Virus record (IMG/VR): IMGVR_UViG_3300029944_000009
From: a virus
Length of the DNA stretch: 61,964 nt
Strand: one strand, 5' to 3'
In this document: positions 24,774-34,245 of the stretch, in pieces
Layout: each line of letters begins with the position of its first letter
Position numbering within the stretch: the first letter of the stretch is position 1
Notes under the pieces: generated by a model
What the model was told of the DNA's origin: nothing
Seen by the model: only the letters and a program-made list of their open reading frames with translations
Databases searched by the model: none
Program-made: the position numbers and the translations under genes

Positions 24774-25918
24774 GCGTTTATTATAAGCCACGGGTATCAG
24801 AACAGGGCGTATTGCTCGGTGGTACGGGGCCGTATACGTTGCCGCAGGCGGCAGCGCCCGGCGGTTATCAGACATTCAACACCGCGCTTACCAGCGGCAC
24901 GCAGTACATGGTGTGCATCCTCGATAGCGTGGCGTTCTCCTGGGAGTTGTCGGTCTTCACATTCACGTCGCCAGCCACGATCACCCGCACGACGTTCCAC
25001 GCCAGCTCAACTGGATCCCCGGTAAATTTCAGCACCACGAACACGCTGGTCATCAGCGTAGACCACCCGGAAGCAACGCCGGATAGCTCAGTTGCGTACT
25101 CCTCCGCGCTGGCCTCGTTGAACGCAAATGCAGTGCTTGATCCCAGCATTGGTGGCACCGGCACAGCGGTTAACACGTTCGGCAAAATTCCATCCCTCGG
25201 CTCGTTGCAGAACGGTTTTGTCAATCTGACATCAGCTACGACGCTGACCGCCGCGCAAGGCGGGTGCTTAATAGAACTCGGCGGAGCCAGCGCGCTCACC
25301 GTGACGTTTCCAACTGTTGTGAATGATGGGGGCCTTGTCTACCACTTCTTCAACTACGGCACCGCCTCTTGGACGCTGGCTGCGGGTGTGTCCGCCCTTA
25401 TCTACGGCAACCTTGGCACCGCTGTGTCATCAGTGCTGCTCGCGCCGCAACAAGTGGTGTACGCCATATGCGACGGGTCAAACTGGCTCGTTATAGCGGA
25501 AGGCTTGCCGCTGATCGGCGCCACGGCCGGGGCCAACGCAGCGGCAGGCAATGTGGGCGAGTATATCAGTTCAACCGTGTCAACGCCCATAGCGATAGCC
25601 AGCAGCACGCCCACGACCATAACCTCAATAACGCTGACACCCGGCGATTGGGATGTCTTCGGGCAGGTTGGCCTAATCAATACCGGGGTAAACATCACCA
25701 TAGCCGTTGCGGGGATAAGCTTGGCCAACAACACGCAGGCGGCAAATACGCAGGTTGCGGTTACCACCGGCCCCAGCATGGGCCAGTTCTCTGCTTCGGT
25801 GCCGCCTCTGCGGGCCAACATCACCACAAGCACGACATATTATCTTGTCGGCAGTCAGCAGTACGCAGCGGGCACCGGGACGGCGGTGGGGTATATCGCA
25901 GCCAGGCGCAGGCGTTAA
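24770..25918 (+). CDS. Fibre-like structural protein, paralogous domain to 52471..53817
   Basis: Thr/Ser/Ala/Gly-rich beta-type sequence. The segment TLTAAQGGCLIELGG...ICDGSNWLV matches ALAAAQSGAFIELTS...LTSDGANWIA in the tail fibre. Confidence 0.65.
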   Translation: MSVYYKPRVSEQGVLLGGTGPYTLPQAAAPGGYQTFNTALTSGTQYMVCILDSVAFSWELSVFTFTSPATITRTTFHASSTGSPVNFSTTNTLVISVDHPEATPDSSVAYSSALASLNANAVLDPSIGGTGTAVNTFGKIPSLGSLQNGFVNLTSATTLTAAQGGCLIELGGASALTVTFPTVVNDGGLVYHFFNYGTASWTLAAGVSALIYGNLGTAVSSVLLAPQQVVYAICDGSNWLVIAEGLPLIGATAGANAAAGNVGEYISSTVSTPIAIASSTPTTITSITLTPGDWDVFGQVGLINTGVNITIAVAGISLANNTQAANTQVAVTTGPSMGQFSASVPPLRANITTSTTYYLVGSQQYAAGTGTAVGYIAARRRR

Positions 25919-25989
25919 GCAGTGCTTGCGAAAAGTCAGAGGTATGGGATAAAGACTTAGAATTACGGATTAACAACGAGGGAAAATAC

Positions 25990-26382
25990 ATGCTTGATCT
26001 GTTAAAAGCGGAAGTTCCACCGCACGAAGAGCTGCGGGAAGATATGGGAGACATTTCCGGTATCGAGGTGTTCAACAACCAGATACTGGTGGCTATCTAT
26101 CTCCGGCCGAACAAGACTAAAGGTGGGATTTTTCTGACCGAAACGACCCGCGATGAAGATAAATGGCAGGGGAAAGTAGGTTTAGTGCTCGCGAAAGGGC
26201 CAACCGCGTTTCAGACCGACGACAGCCCATGGTTTCAGGGCGTAGAACCGGTTGAAGTGGGCCAGTGGGTCTATTTCCGGCCATCTGACGGTCAGGGCCT
26301 GTCGATCAACGGCAAGATGTGCCGTTTGCTGGACGACACGTCGATTCGCGGGCGCCTTGTGCGTCCTGACCAGATCTGGTGA
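25990..26382 (+). CDS. GroES/Cpn10-like co-chaperonin
   Basis: ATG at 25990 after GAGGGA. The pattern ILVAIYLRPNKTKGGIFLTE...QGKVGLVLAKGP...VEVGQWVYF matches the GroES fold signature. Confidence 0.7.
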   Translation: MLDLLKAEVPPHEELREDMGDISGIEVFNNQILVAIYLRPNKTKGGIFLTETTRDEDKWQGKVGLVLAKGPTAFQTDDSPWFQGVEPVEVGQWVYFRPSDGQGLSINGKMCRLLDDTSIRGRLVRPDQIW

Positions 26383-26392
26383 GGGAAAAACC

Positions 26393-27208
26393 ATGGCAGA
26401 CCAAGAAATATTGATCCCGGATGACGACAAAATTACCGATGCGCCGGTCATTACGGCCGAAGAAGGGGTCGAGGATCTAAAGAAGAAGCTTTTAGCCTCC
26501 GAGGCATCGCGCCTTGAGGCCGAAACCCGCGCGCGCGCCGCGCAAGAGCGTGCGGTCCGCGCTTCAGGCGAGGTCGAGGACACCAATCTAACCCTCGTAA
26601 AGAGCGCCATCGATACCACTAAGCGGGATCGGGAGCAGCTCAAGGCGAACTATGCTGCGGCGATGGCGAATGGTGATTTCGCGGCGGCGGCTGATATTCA
26701 GCAAGCCATGGGCGATGCTTCAGCCCGGTTGCTGCAGCTTGACCAGGGCCGCGAGGCCATGGAGCAGAAAGCCAAACTGCCCAAGCCGCAGCCTATGGAG
26801 ATTGATCCGGTCGAAGCTCTCGCCCGGCAACTCACTGCCCCCTCAGCGGCGTGGGTGCGCGCGCATCCCGAATTCGCCCGCGACCAACGGCTCTACGGTA
26901 AAATGCTTGGCGCGCATAACGTCGTCATGGCAGACGGTGTGGTGGCGGATAGCCCTGACTACTTCGCCCGTGTTGAGGCTATCCTGGGTGTTGGCGGTAC
27001 GGACGACGGCACGTTCTCGGCCGCAGCTGCGCCAGCACAACAGCGCTCTAGCCCGCCTCCGGCGGCGCCGGCACAGCGCGGCGGCGCCAGATCGAACGTT
27101 GTGCGGCTCTCGCCAGAAGAACTTGAGGTCGCGAGCTTGATGGGCATGAAACCTGAGGATTACGCGAAAAACAAAGCCGAGCTTAAAGCTGCGGGCCGTC
27201 TTAACTGA
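26393..27208 (+). CDS. Scaffolding protein (putative)
   Basis: ATG at 26393 after GAGGGAAAAA. Acidic, Ala/Glu-rich and coiled-coil-like, upstream of the capsid genes. Confidence 0.6.
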   Translation: MADQEILIPDDDKITDAPVITAEEGVEDLKKKLLASEASRLEAETRARAAQERAVRASGEVEDTNLTLVKSAIDTTKRDREQLKANYAAAMANGDFAAAADIQQAMGDASARLLQLDQGREAMEQKAKLPKPQPMEIDPVEALARQLTAPSAAWVRAHPEFARDQRLYGKMLGAHNVVMADGVVADSPDYFARVEAILGVGGTDDGTFSAAAAPAQQRSSPPPAAPAQRGGARSNVVRLSPEELEVASLMGMKPEDYAKNKAELKAAGRLN

Positions 27209-27220
27209 GGAGAGTAAATT

Positions 27221-27775
27221 ATGGCTGACGAACTTCGACCACCGCCGCGCCGCGAGCAACGCGCCCCGATGCGTGACGACATGCGCCCCGAGATGCGTAT
27301 CGAGGAAGACACACTCGCCGCCGCTGAGCGCCGCGCTAAGGAAATTATGGAGCATGCCGGGGGCCAGTTCTCCGAAGCCCCTGACAAGTTCAACGTCCCG
27401 GCTGATAAGGTGCCGGATGGCTGGACGTATGAGTGGAAAATGCGCACGGTTCTGAACCAGGAGAACCCGGCGTACCAGATCCAACTCGCGAATACCGGCT
27501 GGACGGCTGTGCCTCTTTCACGCCACCCCGAGATGATGCCGCATGGCTATTCCGGCAACACCATCGAAATGGACGGTGTGATGCTCATGGAGCGGCCGAA
27601 GTCCATTACGGATATGGTAAAGACCCAGGACCGGCGCCGCGCGGCGGATCAGGTGCGGTTTAAGGAAGAACAGCTCGGCGCGGCTCCGGCCGGGCAATTT
27701 GATCGCGCTAACAAGGGCAGCGCCCTCGCGTCGGTCAAAAAGAGTTACGCGCCTATTCCGGTTCCGTCGGAATAA
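27221..27775 (+). CDS. Hypothetical head-assembly protein
   Basis: GGAGAG SD upstream. Contains DGWTYEWKMRTV...NTGWTAVP. Confidence 0.6.
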   Translation: MADELRPPPRREQRAPMRDDMRPEMRIEEDTLAAAERRAKEIMEHAGGQFSEAPDKFNVPADKVPDGWTYEWKMRTVLNQENPAYQIQLANTGWTAVPLSRHPEMMPHGYSGNTIEMDGVMLMERPKSITDMVKTQDRRRAADQVRFKEEQLGAAPAGQFDRANKGSALASVKKSYAPIPVPSE

Positions 27776-27785
27776 AAACTAAAGC

Positions 27786-27819
27786 TTGCAGCATCTTTAC
27801 ATTTCGGTATAGATGCTGC
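27786..27819 (+). promoter_or_regulatory. Candidate promoter overlapped by a 9-bp inverted repeat, upstream of the capsid genes
   Basis: TTGCAG, 16 nt, TATAGA. Inverted repeat GCAGCATCT (27788-96) / AGATGCTGC (27811-19). Confidence 0.35.
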
Positions 27820-27931
27820 TAAGGCTTCAAATCACCACCCGCGAGACGCGGGGGATCAAGATCAATCCAGCTCCTAAATCGTGCGCGACGCCCGATGAAT
27901 GAGCCTTCTGTAACAGGAAAGGCACCTCATC

Positions 27932-28564
27932 ATGGCGAATACTTTCGCGCCGTTTGGGTTCCGTCAGTACCAAGGTGGCGCAGGCGGGGCTCCGACATTC
28001 GGTCAGAGCGTTCGTTACGTAGCCTCTGGCAACGCAACCCCCATTTATTTTGGTGACCCGGTAATGCCGGTCATCGGCGCCGCGACCGGGTATATCACCC
28101 AGGCCGCCCCAGGCACCACCACCCTTGCCGGTATCTTCATGGGCTGCAAATACGTCTCCGTGGCGCAGAAGCGCACCGTATGGAGCGATTATTGGCCCGG
28201 TTCCGATGCCAACGGCGACGTGGAGTGCTACGTCATCGATGATCCGAGCAGCCGCTTTCTGGTACAGACCAGCGGCTCCGCCTTCTTCAACGCGGGCTAC
28301 ACGTCCTCGGTACGCGGCACGCTGCCGGTTGGCCAGTACGCTCAGTTTTCCATCGGCACCGGTACGACCATCAACGGTTTGTCCGGCGCGTTCCTGTCCT
28401 CGGTCGGCACGACCGCGACATTCCCCTTCATTATCATTGACTACCAAACGTTCCCGCCTGGGCAAAACGGTACAGACCCGTCCACCCAGTTCCCGAACGT
28501 GATCGTTGGCTTCAACAATGAGATCATGCGCTCCAATGGCGCTGGTCCCACCGGCATCGCATAA
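27932..28564 (+). CDS. Head decoration or cement-like protein (tentative)
   Basis: Lies immediately upstream of the major capsid gene. Beta-rich sequence starting MANTFAPFGFRQYQ.... Confidence 0.55.
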   Translation: MANTFAPFGFRQYQGGAGGAPTFGQSVRYVASGNATPIYFGDPVMPVIGAATGYITQAAPGTTTLAGIFMGCKYVSVAQKRTVWSDYWPGSDANGDVECYVIDDPSSRFLVQTSGSAFFNAGYTSSVRGTLPVGQYAQFSIGTGTTINGLSGAFLSSVGTTATFPFIIIDYQTFPPGQNGTDPSTQFPNVIVGFNNEIMRSNGAGPTGIA

Positions 28565-28579
28565 GGGGGCTAGGGTACT

Positions 28580-29494
28580 ATGGCTGTTAATCTTTCTGCC
28601 ATCAAAGACCTTCTGCTCCCCGGCTTGCGGGGCGTTGAAGGCAAATACGAGATGATCCCGTCGCAATACGACAAGATCTTCACGAAGCACGACTCGAAAA
28701 TGGCTCTTGAGCGCACCGCTGAGATGCGGTTCCTCGGCCTGGCTCAGCTCAAAACTGAAGGCGGCCAGACCTCGTTCGATACCGGTTCCGGCGAGCGGTT
28801 CGTCTATAACCAGGAGCACACCGAAATCGCTCTTGGCTACGCGATCACCCGCAAAGCTATCGACGATAATCTTTACAAGACCCAGTTCCACCCTTCGAAC
28901 CTGGGCCTGATTGAGAGCTTTCAGCAGACCAAAGAAATCTATGGCGCTAACGTGCTGAACACCGCGACGGTGTACAACGCGGCCATCGGCGGTGACGGTC
29001 AGGCTCTCTGCTCTGCTTCCCACCCCATTGACGGCAACACCATCGCTAATATCCCGTCCACCGCTGTGGATTTGAACGAAGCGACGTTGCTCAATGGTAT
29101 GATCAGCGTTCGTACAAACTTCCGCGACCAAGCTGGTTTGAAGGTGTTTGCGCGCGCCCGGAAGCTCGTGGTTCCGCCCCAGTTGGAGCCAGTCGCTATC
29201 CGTCTGACCAAGACCGAGCTACGGCCCGGCACTGCAGACAACGACGTTAACGCCATCCTGACCACCGCTGGCGGCCTTTCCGAAGGGTACATCGTCAACG
29301 ACTTCTTGACCTCGCAGTTTGCGTGGTTCCTGCTCACCAATATTGATGGGCTCTCCTATATGGAGCGCATGCCCTTTGAGACGGATATGCAGGTTGATTT
29401 CGTGACCGACAACCTTCTGGTTAAGGGATACGAGCGCTACTCGTTTGCATATTACAATTGGCGTTCGATCTGGGGTAGCTTCCCCACGAGCTAG
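28580..29494 (+). CDS. Major capsid protein
   Basis: MAVNLSAIKDLLLPGLRGVEGKYEMIPSQYDKIF... is typical of the N-terminus of HK97-fold coat proteins. The position is right and a stem-loop follows. Confidence 0.8.
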   Translation: MAVNLSAIKDLLLPGLRGVEGKYEMIPSQYDKIFTKHDSKMALERTAEMRFLGLAQLKTEGGQTSFDTGSGERFVYNQEHTEIALGYAITRKAIDDNLYKTQFHPSNLGLIESFQQTKEIYGANVLNTATVYNAAIGGDGQALCSASHPIDGNTIANIPSTAVDLNEATLLNGMISVRTNFRDQAGLKVFARARKLVVPPQLEPVAIRLTKTELRPGTADNDVNAILTTAGGLSEGYIVNDFLTSQFAWFLLTNIDGLSYMERMPFETDMQVDFVTDNLLVKGYERYSFAYYNWRSIWGSFPTS

Positions 29495-29510
29495 AAGGCA
29501 GTTGTCCGTG

Positions 29511-29531
29511 CCCCGCCACCGCAAGGCGGGG
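29511..29531 (+). other. Stem-loop directly after the capsid gene
   Basis: CCCCGCC-ACCGCAA-GGCGGGG with no U-tract. Confidence 0.4.
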
Positions 29532-29552
29532 TGAAACCAAGGAGTTTTCTAC

Positions 29553-30083
29553 ATGGATATCAATGGCGGGCAATTTCCAAACGCTAACGGAAGCCCGATC
29601 TGGCCCGGCACGCAGCTAACCGGCCCGCTTCTCGCCGGCAACGTGTACCACACGAGCGGCAACACCCTCGCTGGTCTGGGCGAATATTCTGGCCTCGCCA
29701 ATGCGGGTTACGCGAACATGTGCCAAACCGCTGGCGGTATCGCTTTTTCAGCGGCCGCTACGCAGACCACACCAATTGTAATCCCGGCCCAGTCTCAGAT
29801 CACTGATATCTACGCCATGGTTACGACGATCCAGGCCGGTGCCACTGTCGGCATCGGCACGACTGCCGGCGGAACGTCCGCGCTGACCGCGCTGACCGCA
29901 GGCAGTCTCGCCGCCTTGGGCCAGCTCAATATCACCTTGTTGCCGACTACGGCTCCGCAGATCGCGCTCTGGGATAATACGGGCAACACAGATATCCAGG
30001 TTACCGCGACGGCAAGTGCAACTGGCGCTGGCGTAATCACCCTTACGGTGTTTTACGTCCAGGGCATCAACAACGTTTCGTAA
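29553..30083 (+). CDS. Hypothetical structural protein
   Basis: AAGGAG SD upstream. Gly/Ala/Thr-rich. Confidence 0.65.
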   Translation: MDINGGQFPNANGSPIWPGTQLTGPLLAGNVYHTSGNTLAGLGEYSGLANAGYANMCQTAGGIAFSAAATQTTPIVIPAQSQITDIYAMVTTIQAGATVGIGTTAGGTSALTALTAGSLAALGQLNITLLPTTAPQIALWDNTGNTDIQVTATASATGAGVITLTVFYVQGINNVS

Positions 30084-30096
30084 GGATACCTGATCG

Positions 30097-30519
30097 ATGA
30101 AGGGTCATACCGCTAAGCACCACGAGAAGAAGCACCGCGAGGAGCGGGGCCATCACGCTACTGGGGGTCCAGCCAGTGACGACGCCGTGGAGGGTTCTCG
30201 CGAATACGAAGAAGACGAGAAGGACAAACCGGAACGTCGGGATAACGCCACGAAGATCGAGAGTGCTGCTGAAGAGCGCGAAGGCGAGAAGCGTGGCGGC
30301 CGCGCCAAGCGTAAGCGCGGCGGGCATGTGCATCACGAACACAATGAGCATCTGAAGCACGCTGAGCATCTTGGCCACGTCAAGGGCAAAGAGGCCAGCC
30401 ACCACGCGGGCCGCAAGCCGCGCAAGGCCGGTGGCCGTGCGGGTAGCAATTACAACCCACTGTCTTCCGCCCACGCAGGCACGTTGCCGCCGCACCACAA
30501 AGACGCCGATATCGACTAA
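30097..30519 (+). CDS. Basic His/Lys/Arg/Glu-rich protein, related to 23468..24466
   Basis: HLGHVKGKEASHHAGRKPRKAGGRAG here versus GGHVEGKEAHKHAGKKPRMGRKDGG in 23468..24466. Confidence 0.65.
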   Translation: MKGHTAKHHEKKHREERGHHATGGPASDDAVEGSREYEEDEKDKPERRDNATKIESAAEEREGEKRGGRAKRKRGGHVHHEHNEHLKHAEHLGHVKGKEASHHAGRKPRKAGGRAGSNYNPLSSAHAGTLPPHHKDADID

Positions 30520-30521
30520 AA

Positions 30522-30554
30522 GCAGGGGCTTCACGCCCCTGCCTCATATTTTTG
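30522..30554 (+). terminator. Rho-independent terminator
   Basis: GCAGGGGC-TTCAC-GCCCCTGC followed by CTCATATTTTTG. Confidence 0.7.
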
Positions 30555-30564
30555 AGAGGACGCT

Positions 30565-30873
30565 ATGACCCCTATCTCCATGACGCAGGGCGCGGTCGGG
30601 CGTAGCACTCCTGTCGCCGTCGATAACTTCCGTGATACCTTCAACATTGGTCTGTTCGTTGTCATCAACAGCGGCACACCGACGTTTAATATCGAAGCTA
30701 CGCCGCAAGATATGGCGGACGCTACCCCCACCGTATGGGCGCCCTCGTCCGGTCTCACTGGGCTAACGGCAGGCGGTTTTTACCAGCTCAACATCCCGTG
30801 CCGGGGCCTTTCCATTAACGTGACCATAACCGGTTCCGTGACCGTGTATGTGGTTCAGTCCGGTACCCGGTGA
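30565..30873 (+). CDS. Hypothetical structural protein
   Basis: GAGAGGA SD upstream. Coupled to the next gene. Confidence 0.6.
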   Translation: MTPISMTQGAVGRSTPVAVDNFRDTFNIGLFVVINSGTPTFNIEATPQDMADATPTVWAPSSGLTGLTAGGFYQLNIPCRGLSINVTITGSVTVYVVQSGTR

Positions 30874-31562
30874 GCTATTCGGGCACAACGACGTTTATGC
30901 CCTCGCTCGGCGAGCTGGTTCTCTATGCCTTCAATAACATCGGCGTGCGGCCCACCTCGTTAGCGCAAGAGCATTTCCAGTCCGCTCGCATGGCAGCAAA
31001 CATGATGCTGTCGCGCTGGGCTAACCAGGGCGTCAATCTCTGGCGCGTTGAACTCGTCACGGTGCCGCTGGTGCAGGGCCAGGTGCAATACGCTGTTGAC
31101 CCATCTGTTATCATGGTGCTCGATGCGTATGTCACGACGGCCAACGGCGGTGCCTCAACCAACCGCATCATCCTCCCGGTATCGCGCACTGAGTACGCAT
31201 CGTATCCTAACCCCGCGCAGCAGGGCTTTACCACCGTGTTCTGGTTTGACCGGCTGATATCGCCGGTCCTGAACCTCTGGCCGGTGCCGGATGGCACGAG
31301 CGCGCAGACTCTCAGCTATTACGCGGTGCAGCAGATCCAGGACGCCAACTATACTTCCGCGCAGAATGTCGATATCCCATACCGGTGGTTCGAAGCGTTC
31401 GCGGACGGGCTGACATACCGCCTCGCGCGCATTTGGGCGCCGCCACTTGCCACGGCGTATAAGGCCGTAGCAGATGAAAGTTACCAAATCGCATCGTTGC
31501 AAGACGTGGAGAACGCGAACACGTACATATCCCCGCAAATATCTTCCTATTTTAGAAATTAA
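30870..31562 (+). CDS. Head-tail adaptor-like protein (tentative)
   Basis: Called from position and size only. Confidence 0.5.
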   Translation: MSYSGTTTFMPSLGELVLYAFNNIGVRPTSLAQEHFQSARMAANMMLSRWANQGVNLWRVELVTVPLVQGQVQYAVDPSVIMVLDAYVTTANGGASTNRIILPVSRTEYASYPNPAQQGFTTVFWFDRLISPVLNLWPVPDGTSAQTLSYYAVQQIQDANYTSAQNVDIPYRWFEAFADGLTYRLARIWAPPLATAYKAVADESYQIASLQDVENANTYISPQISSYFRN

Positions 31563-31570
31563 GCCCCGCA

Positions 31571-32101
31571 ATGGCATATGCATCAATATCCGGCCGAGCT
31601 AGGACAAGTGCTAGGAACCCGCAAGCGCATGCTATTTGTGACTTGTGCGGCTTCCGCTTCAATCACGTCGACCTACGCTGGCAGTATGACTGGGCGGGTT
31701 CCAGCCTTATCAACAAACGAAAGCTTGTATGCAATCGTTGTTACGATGTGCCGCAGGAGCAACTCCGCGCCATCGTGATCCCGGCCGATCCCGTGCCTAT
31801 CGTGCAGCCGCGCTTGGAGTATTTCCTGACGAACGAAACCGATGTGCGTATGCTCTCCGGCCAGGATACGATTGATCCGGTAACAGGTATCCCGATCCCT
31901 GGCACGACACCGCGTATTACGGAATTGAACAACACCCGTGTTACGCAGGAAGTAGGAGAGCCACCGCATGGTCTCAATCAAACCCCTGGCCTTGATCCTA
32001 ACGCCCCTGGGAATTCTAATCCTGGCGTGCCTCGGGGCTTTGTGGCAGACCCGCCGGAGATCGATAGCAATATCCCGAATACTGGACCGCTAACACCATG
32101 A
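31571..32101 (+). CDS. Zn-ribbon structural protein
   Basis: CDLCGFRF...CNRCYDVP. The C-terminus is Pro-rich. Confidence 0.6.
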   Translation: MAYASISGRARTSARNPQAHAICDLCGFRFNHVDLRWQYDWAGSSLINKRKLVCNRCYDVPQEQLRAIVIPADPVPIVQPRLEYFLTNETDVRMLSGQDTIDPVTGIPIPGTTPRITELNNTRVTQEVGEPPHGLNQTPGLDPNAPGNSNPGVPRGFVADPPEIDSNIPNTGPLTP

Positions 32102-34245
32102 CAGCCGGCGCCCAAATCCCTAATCTGACACCGGTTATCGCGCTTAATGGCACGGAGCTTTTCGAGCTTGTCCAGAGCGGTTCGACGTACCGCGCAAATC
32201 TGTCACAAATGGCCGCGTATATCGCAGCTGGCATTGTAGGGCCTGGTTTCCAGCCTGTTATCGCCGCTGCTGCGGGCAAAGTGCTTACCGGTCCTGCTTC
32301 TACGGGCGGCCCGCCGGGAACGCTGAACGTTGGCGGCGCTAACGGCGTCGTGGTGGCGGATAGCTCCGGCAACATCAGCGCGCAGACTACGCTTGCGGCC
32401 GGCGGCAGTTCCGCGCTTAGCTTTTCTGCTCGCTTCGCCCAGCGCGTCAATGTTCGCGATTTCGGTGCCGTAGGAAATGCGCTTACGGTTACGGATACGG
32501 TTACGTGCGTCAATGGCAATACCTCTATCACCTTCGGCACAACCACGTTCGCTGCTGCGACAGTCGGTGATGTAATACTCTTGCCTGGTTTAGGCGCGGG
32601 CTCTGCGCCCCTATCGGCCACGATCACGGCAGCTACGGGAACTAGCACAATCTCTGTCAATACCGCGCCATCTGTTACGATGACCGCGTCCAGTGTCACA
32701 TTTACGTATGGGTCAGCGCTGGATAGCACTGGGTTTTTTAACGCCAAGAATACAAATAAGCCCGTGTATATCCCGGCCGGTAACTATATCATCAATTCAT
32801 CAGGCTTTCATAGCATCACTCAAACACTAATTCTGGATCCGGGCGCAGTATTGACTATCGCGCCCGGGGTAACGTTGAATTTGCATGCGTTTTTGCAAGC
32901 TGGCCGCTATCAAGTGTTCAACCTAGTTGGAACTGGAAATGTAACCTTCTTTAGCCAACCCAGTGATTTCGTTTATCCCGAATGGTGGGGGGCCGTACCC
33001 TCATCCGTGGGCGACTCCACACAGGCATTCGTTGGCATGTTGGGCTGCGGTGCGCAAAGTGCGCGGTTGGATAATTCGACGTATCTTATCTCGGCAACGC
33101 TCACGATGCCTGGAAACTTCCTGCTTAGAGGAAGTCAGTTTTTATCAACAGTCCAGATGAACGACGCTACCGGATTATTGGATACATTCGTATGCACGAA
33201 TACGGGGAACATGACTTTCGACGGCGTTGCGTTTGCCAGATCGCAGACGGCTACGGCGGGTTCGGCTGTTCATCTGATTAACTCGTTTAACAACAAAATA
33301 ATTAATTGCACCTTCAACAGTCAGAACTACAATGGCGTATATTTAGGTAATAACGGCGGAACCGGGGCAAATCAAAATGTGATTTTTTCAAATAGAATTT
33401 CTGTTGCTGGAAGTGGTATTGTTATCGACTCAACCAATGGTTCGGTCAGTGATACCATCGTGCAATCTAATTATATTCACACCTGCCCCGTCGCCGGGGT
33501 TAGTATCCTCGGGGCCGGAACAAGCTCTTATATTATGGATAACGTCATTTTCAATAATGGATATGGCATTAATTGCGCGACGGGATTTACCGGCAAAATT
33601 AGACAAAACGATATCGATAGCAATACCAATGGCTCCCTCATCACGGGCGGTAGCGAATTTATGCTTTCGAATAATTGGCTTGGGCAGGGCACCGCATCGT
33701 CAAGCACGCAAGTTCTGAACTTGGTAAATTGCGTGAATGGTCAAATTAGCGACAATATTGTAGACGTAACCGTTGCCGCCGCATTCGGGATAGTCATGTC
33801 CGGTTGCAGTGCTATAAATCTTCCTGGCAATCACTTTAATCAGGGTGGCGACACGGCAAGTTTTGCGGTTGGTCTCACATTGAATGGGGCCACTGCATGT
33901 AGCGACATAAACATTACCGGCTCGCTGTGGGCGCCTAAATTCGCAGAACTATTCTTATCGCTCACAGGGGCTGGGCATAGCTTTATTAACATCGATATCT
34001 TGGCGTCGAGTAGCGGCGTCGTTGGTGGCACCGGCTCTGCAACCAATATGGCTGTGTTCAACCGCGCTAAAGGCTACAGTCAGCCATTTGTTGCGACGTT
34101 CGCAACGCTCCCCTCTGGCTCGCCAGCTGGAGCGGAGGCCACAATCTCCGATGCCGGAACGGTGACCTATCGCGCTAACGCAGCGGGTGGCGGAAGTAAC
34201 GTGGCCAGGGTGCTCTACACTGGCGCGGCCTGGGTTTACAACTAA
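32098..34245 (+). CDS. Tailspike with a right-handed parallel beta-helix (pectate-lyase-like depolymerase)
   Basis: VNVRDFGAVGN and PEWWGAVPSSVGDSTQAF motifs. Repeated NxIxxN-type coils (NVIFSNRI, IVQSNYIH, IMDNVIFNN). Confidence 0.8.
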   Translation: MTAGAQIPNLTPVIALNGTELFELVQSGSTYRANLSQMAAYIAAGIVGPGFQPVIAAAAGKVLTGPASTGGPPGTLNVGGANGVVVADSSGNISAQTTLAAGGSSALSFSARFAQRVNVRDFGAVGNALTVTDTVTCVNGNTSITFGTTTFAAATVGDVILLPGLGAGSAPLSATITAATGTSTISVNTAPSVTMTASSVTFTYGSALDSTGFFNAKNTNKPVYIPAGNYIINSSGFHSITQTLILDPGAVLTIAPGVTLNLHAFLQAGRYQVFNLVGTGNVTFFSQPSDFVYPEWWGAVPSSVGDSTQAFVGMLGCGAQSARLDNSTYLISATLTMPGNFLLRGSQFLSTVQMNDATGLLDTFVCTNTGNMTFDGVAFARSQTATAGSAVHLINSFNNKIINCTFNSQNYNGVYLGNNGGTGANQNVIFSNRISVAGSGIVIDSTNGSVSDTIVQSNYIHTCPVAGVSILGAGTSSYIMDNVIFNNGYGINCATGFTGKIRQNDIDSNTNGSLITGGSEFMLSNNWLGQGTASSSTQVLNLVNCVNGQISDNIVDVTVAAAFGIVMSGCSAINLPGNHFNQGGDTASFAVGLTLNGATACSDINITGSLWAPKFAELFLSLTGAGHSFINIDILASSSGVVGGTGSATNMAVFNRAKGYSQPFVATFATLPSGSPAGAEATISDAGTVTYRANAAGGGSNVARVLYTGAAWVYN

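Noticed and set aside
24770-25918. Diversity-generating retroelement, as in BPP-1-like podophages, targeting a fibre gene
   Set aside because: No reverse transcriptase ORF and no template/variable repeat pair were visible anywhere in the window.
25369-26382. 337-aa track ORF spanning the end of the fibre-like gene and the GroES-like gene. A similar case is the long 5' extension of 26252..27208.
   Set aside because: The upstream parts are Arg/Cys/Gly-rich out-of-frame read-through of the preceding gene. Good SD plus ATG sites at 25990 and 26393 define the real starts.
27827-29131. 434-aa ORF on the minus strand opposite the decoration and major capsid genes. Similar long antisense ORFs are at 19643..20830, 22646..24262, 47004..47969, 45588..46454, 16339..16836 and 50562..51179.
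   Set aside because: The translations are Arg/Ala/Gly/Val-rich with no motifs. They lie antisense to ORFs with clear homology or SD/coupling signals. This is the usual stop-poor antisense frame of GC-rich DNA.
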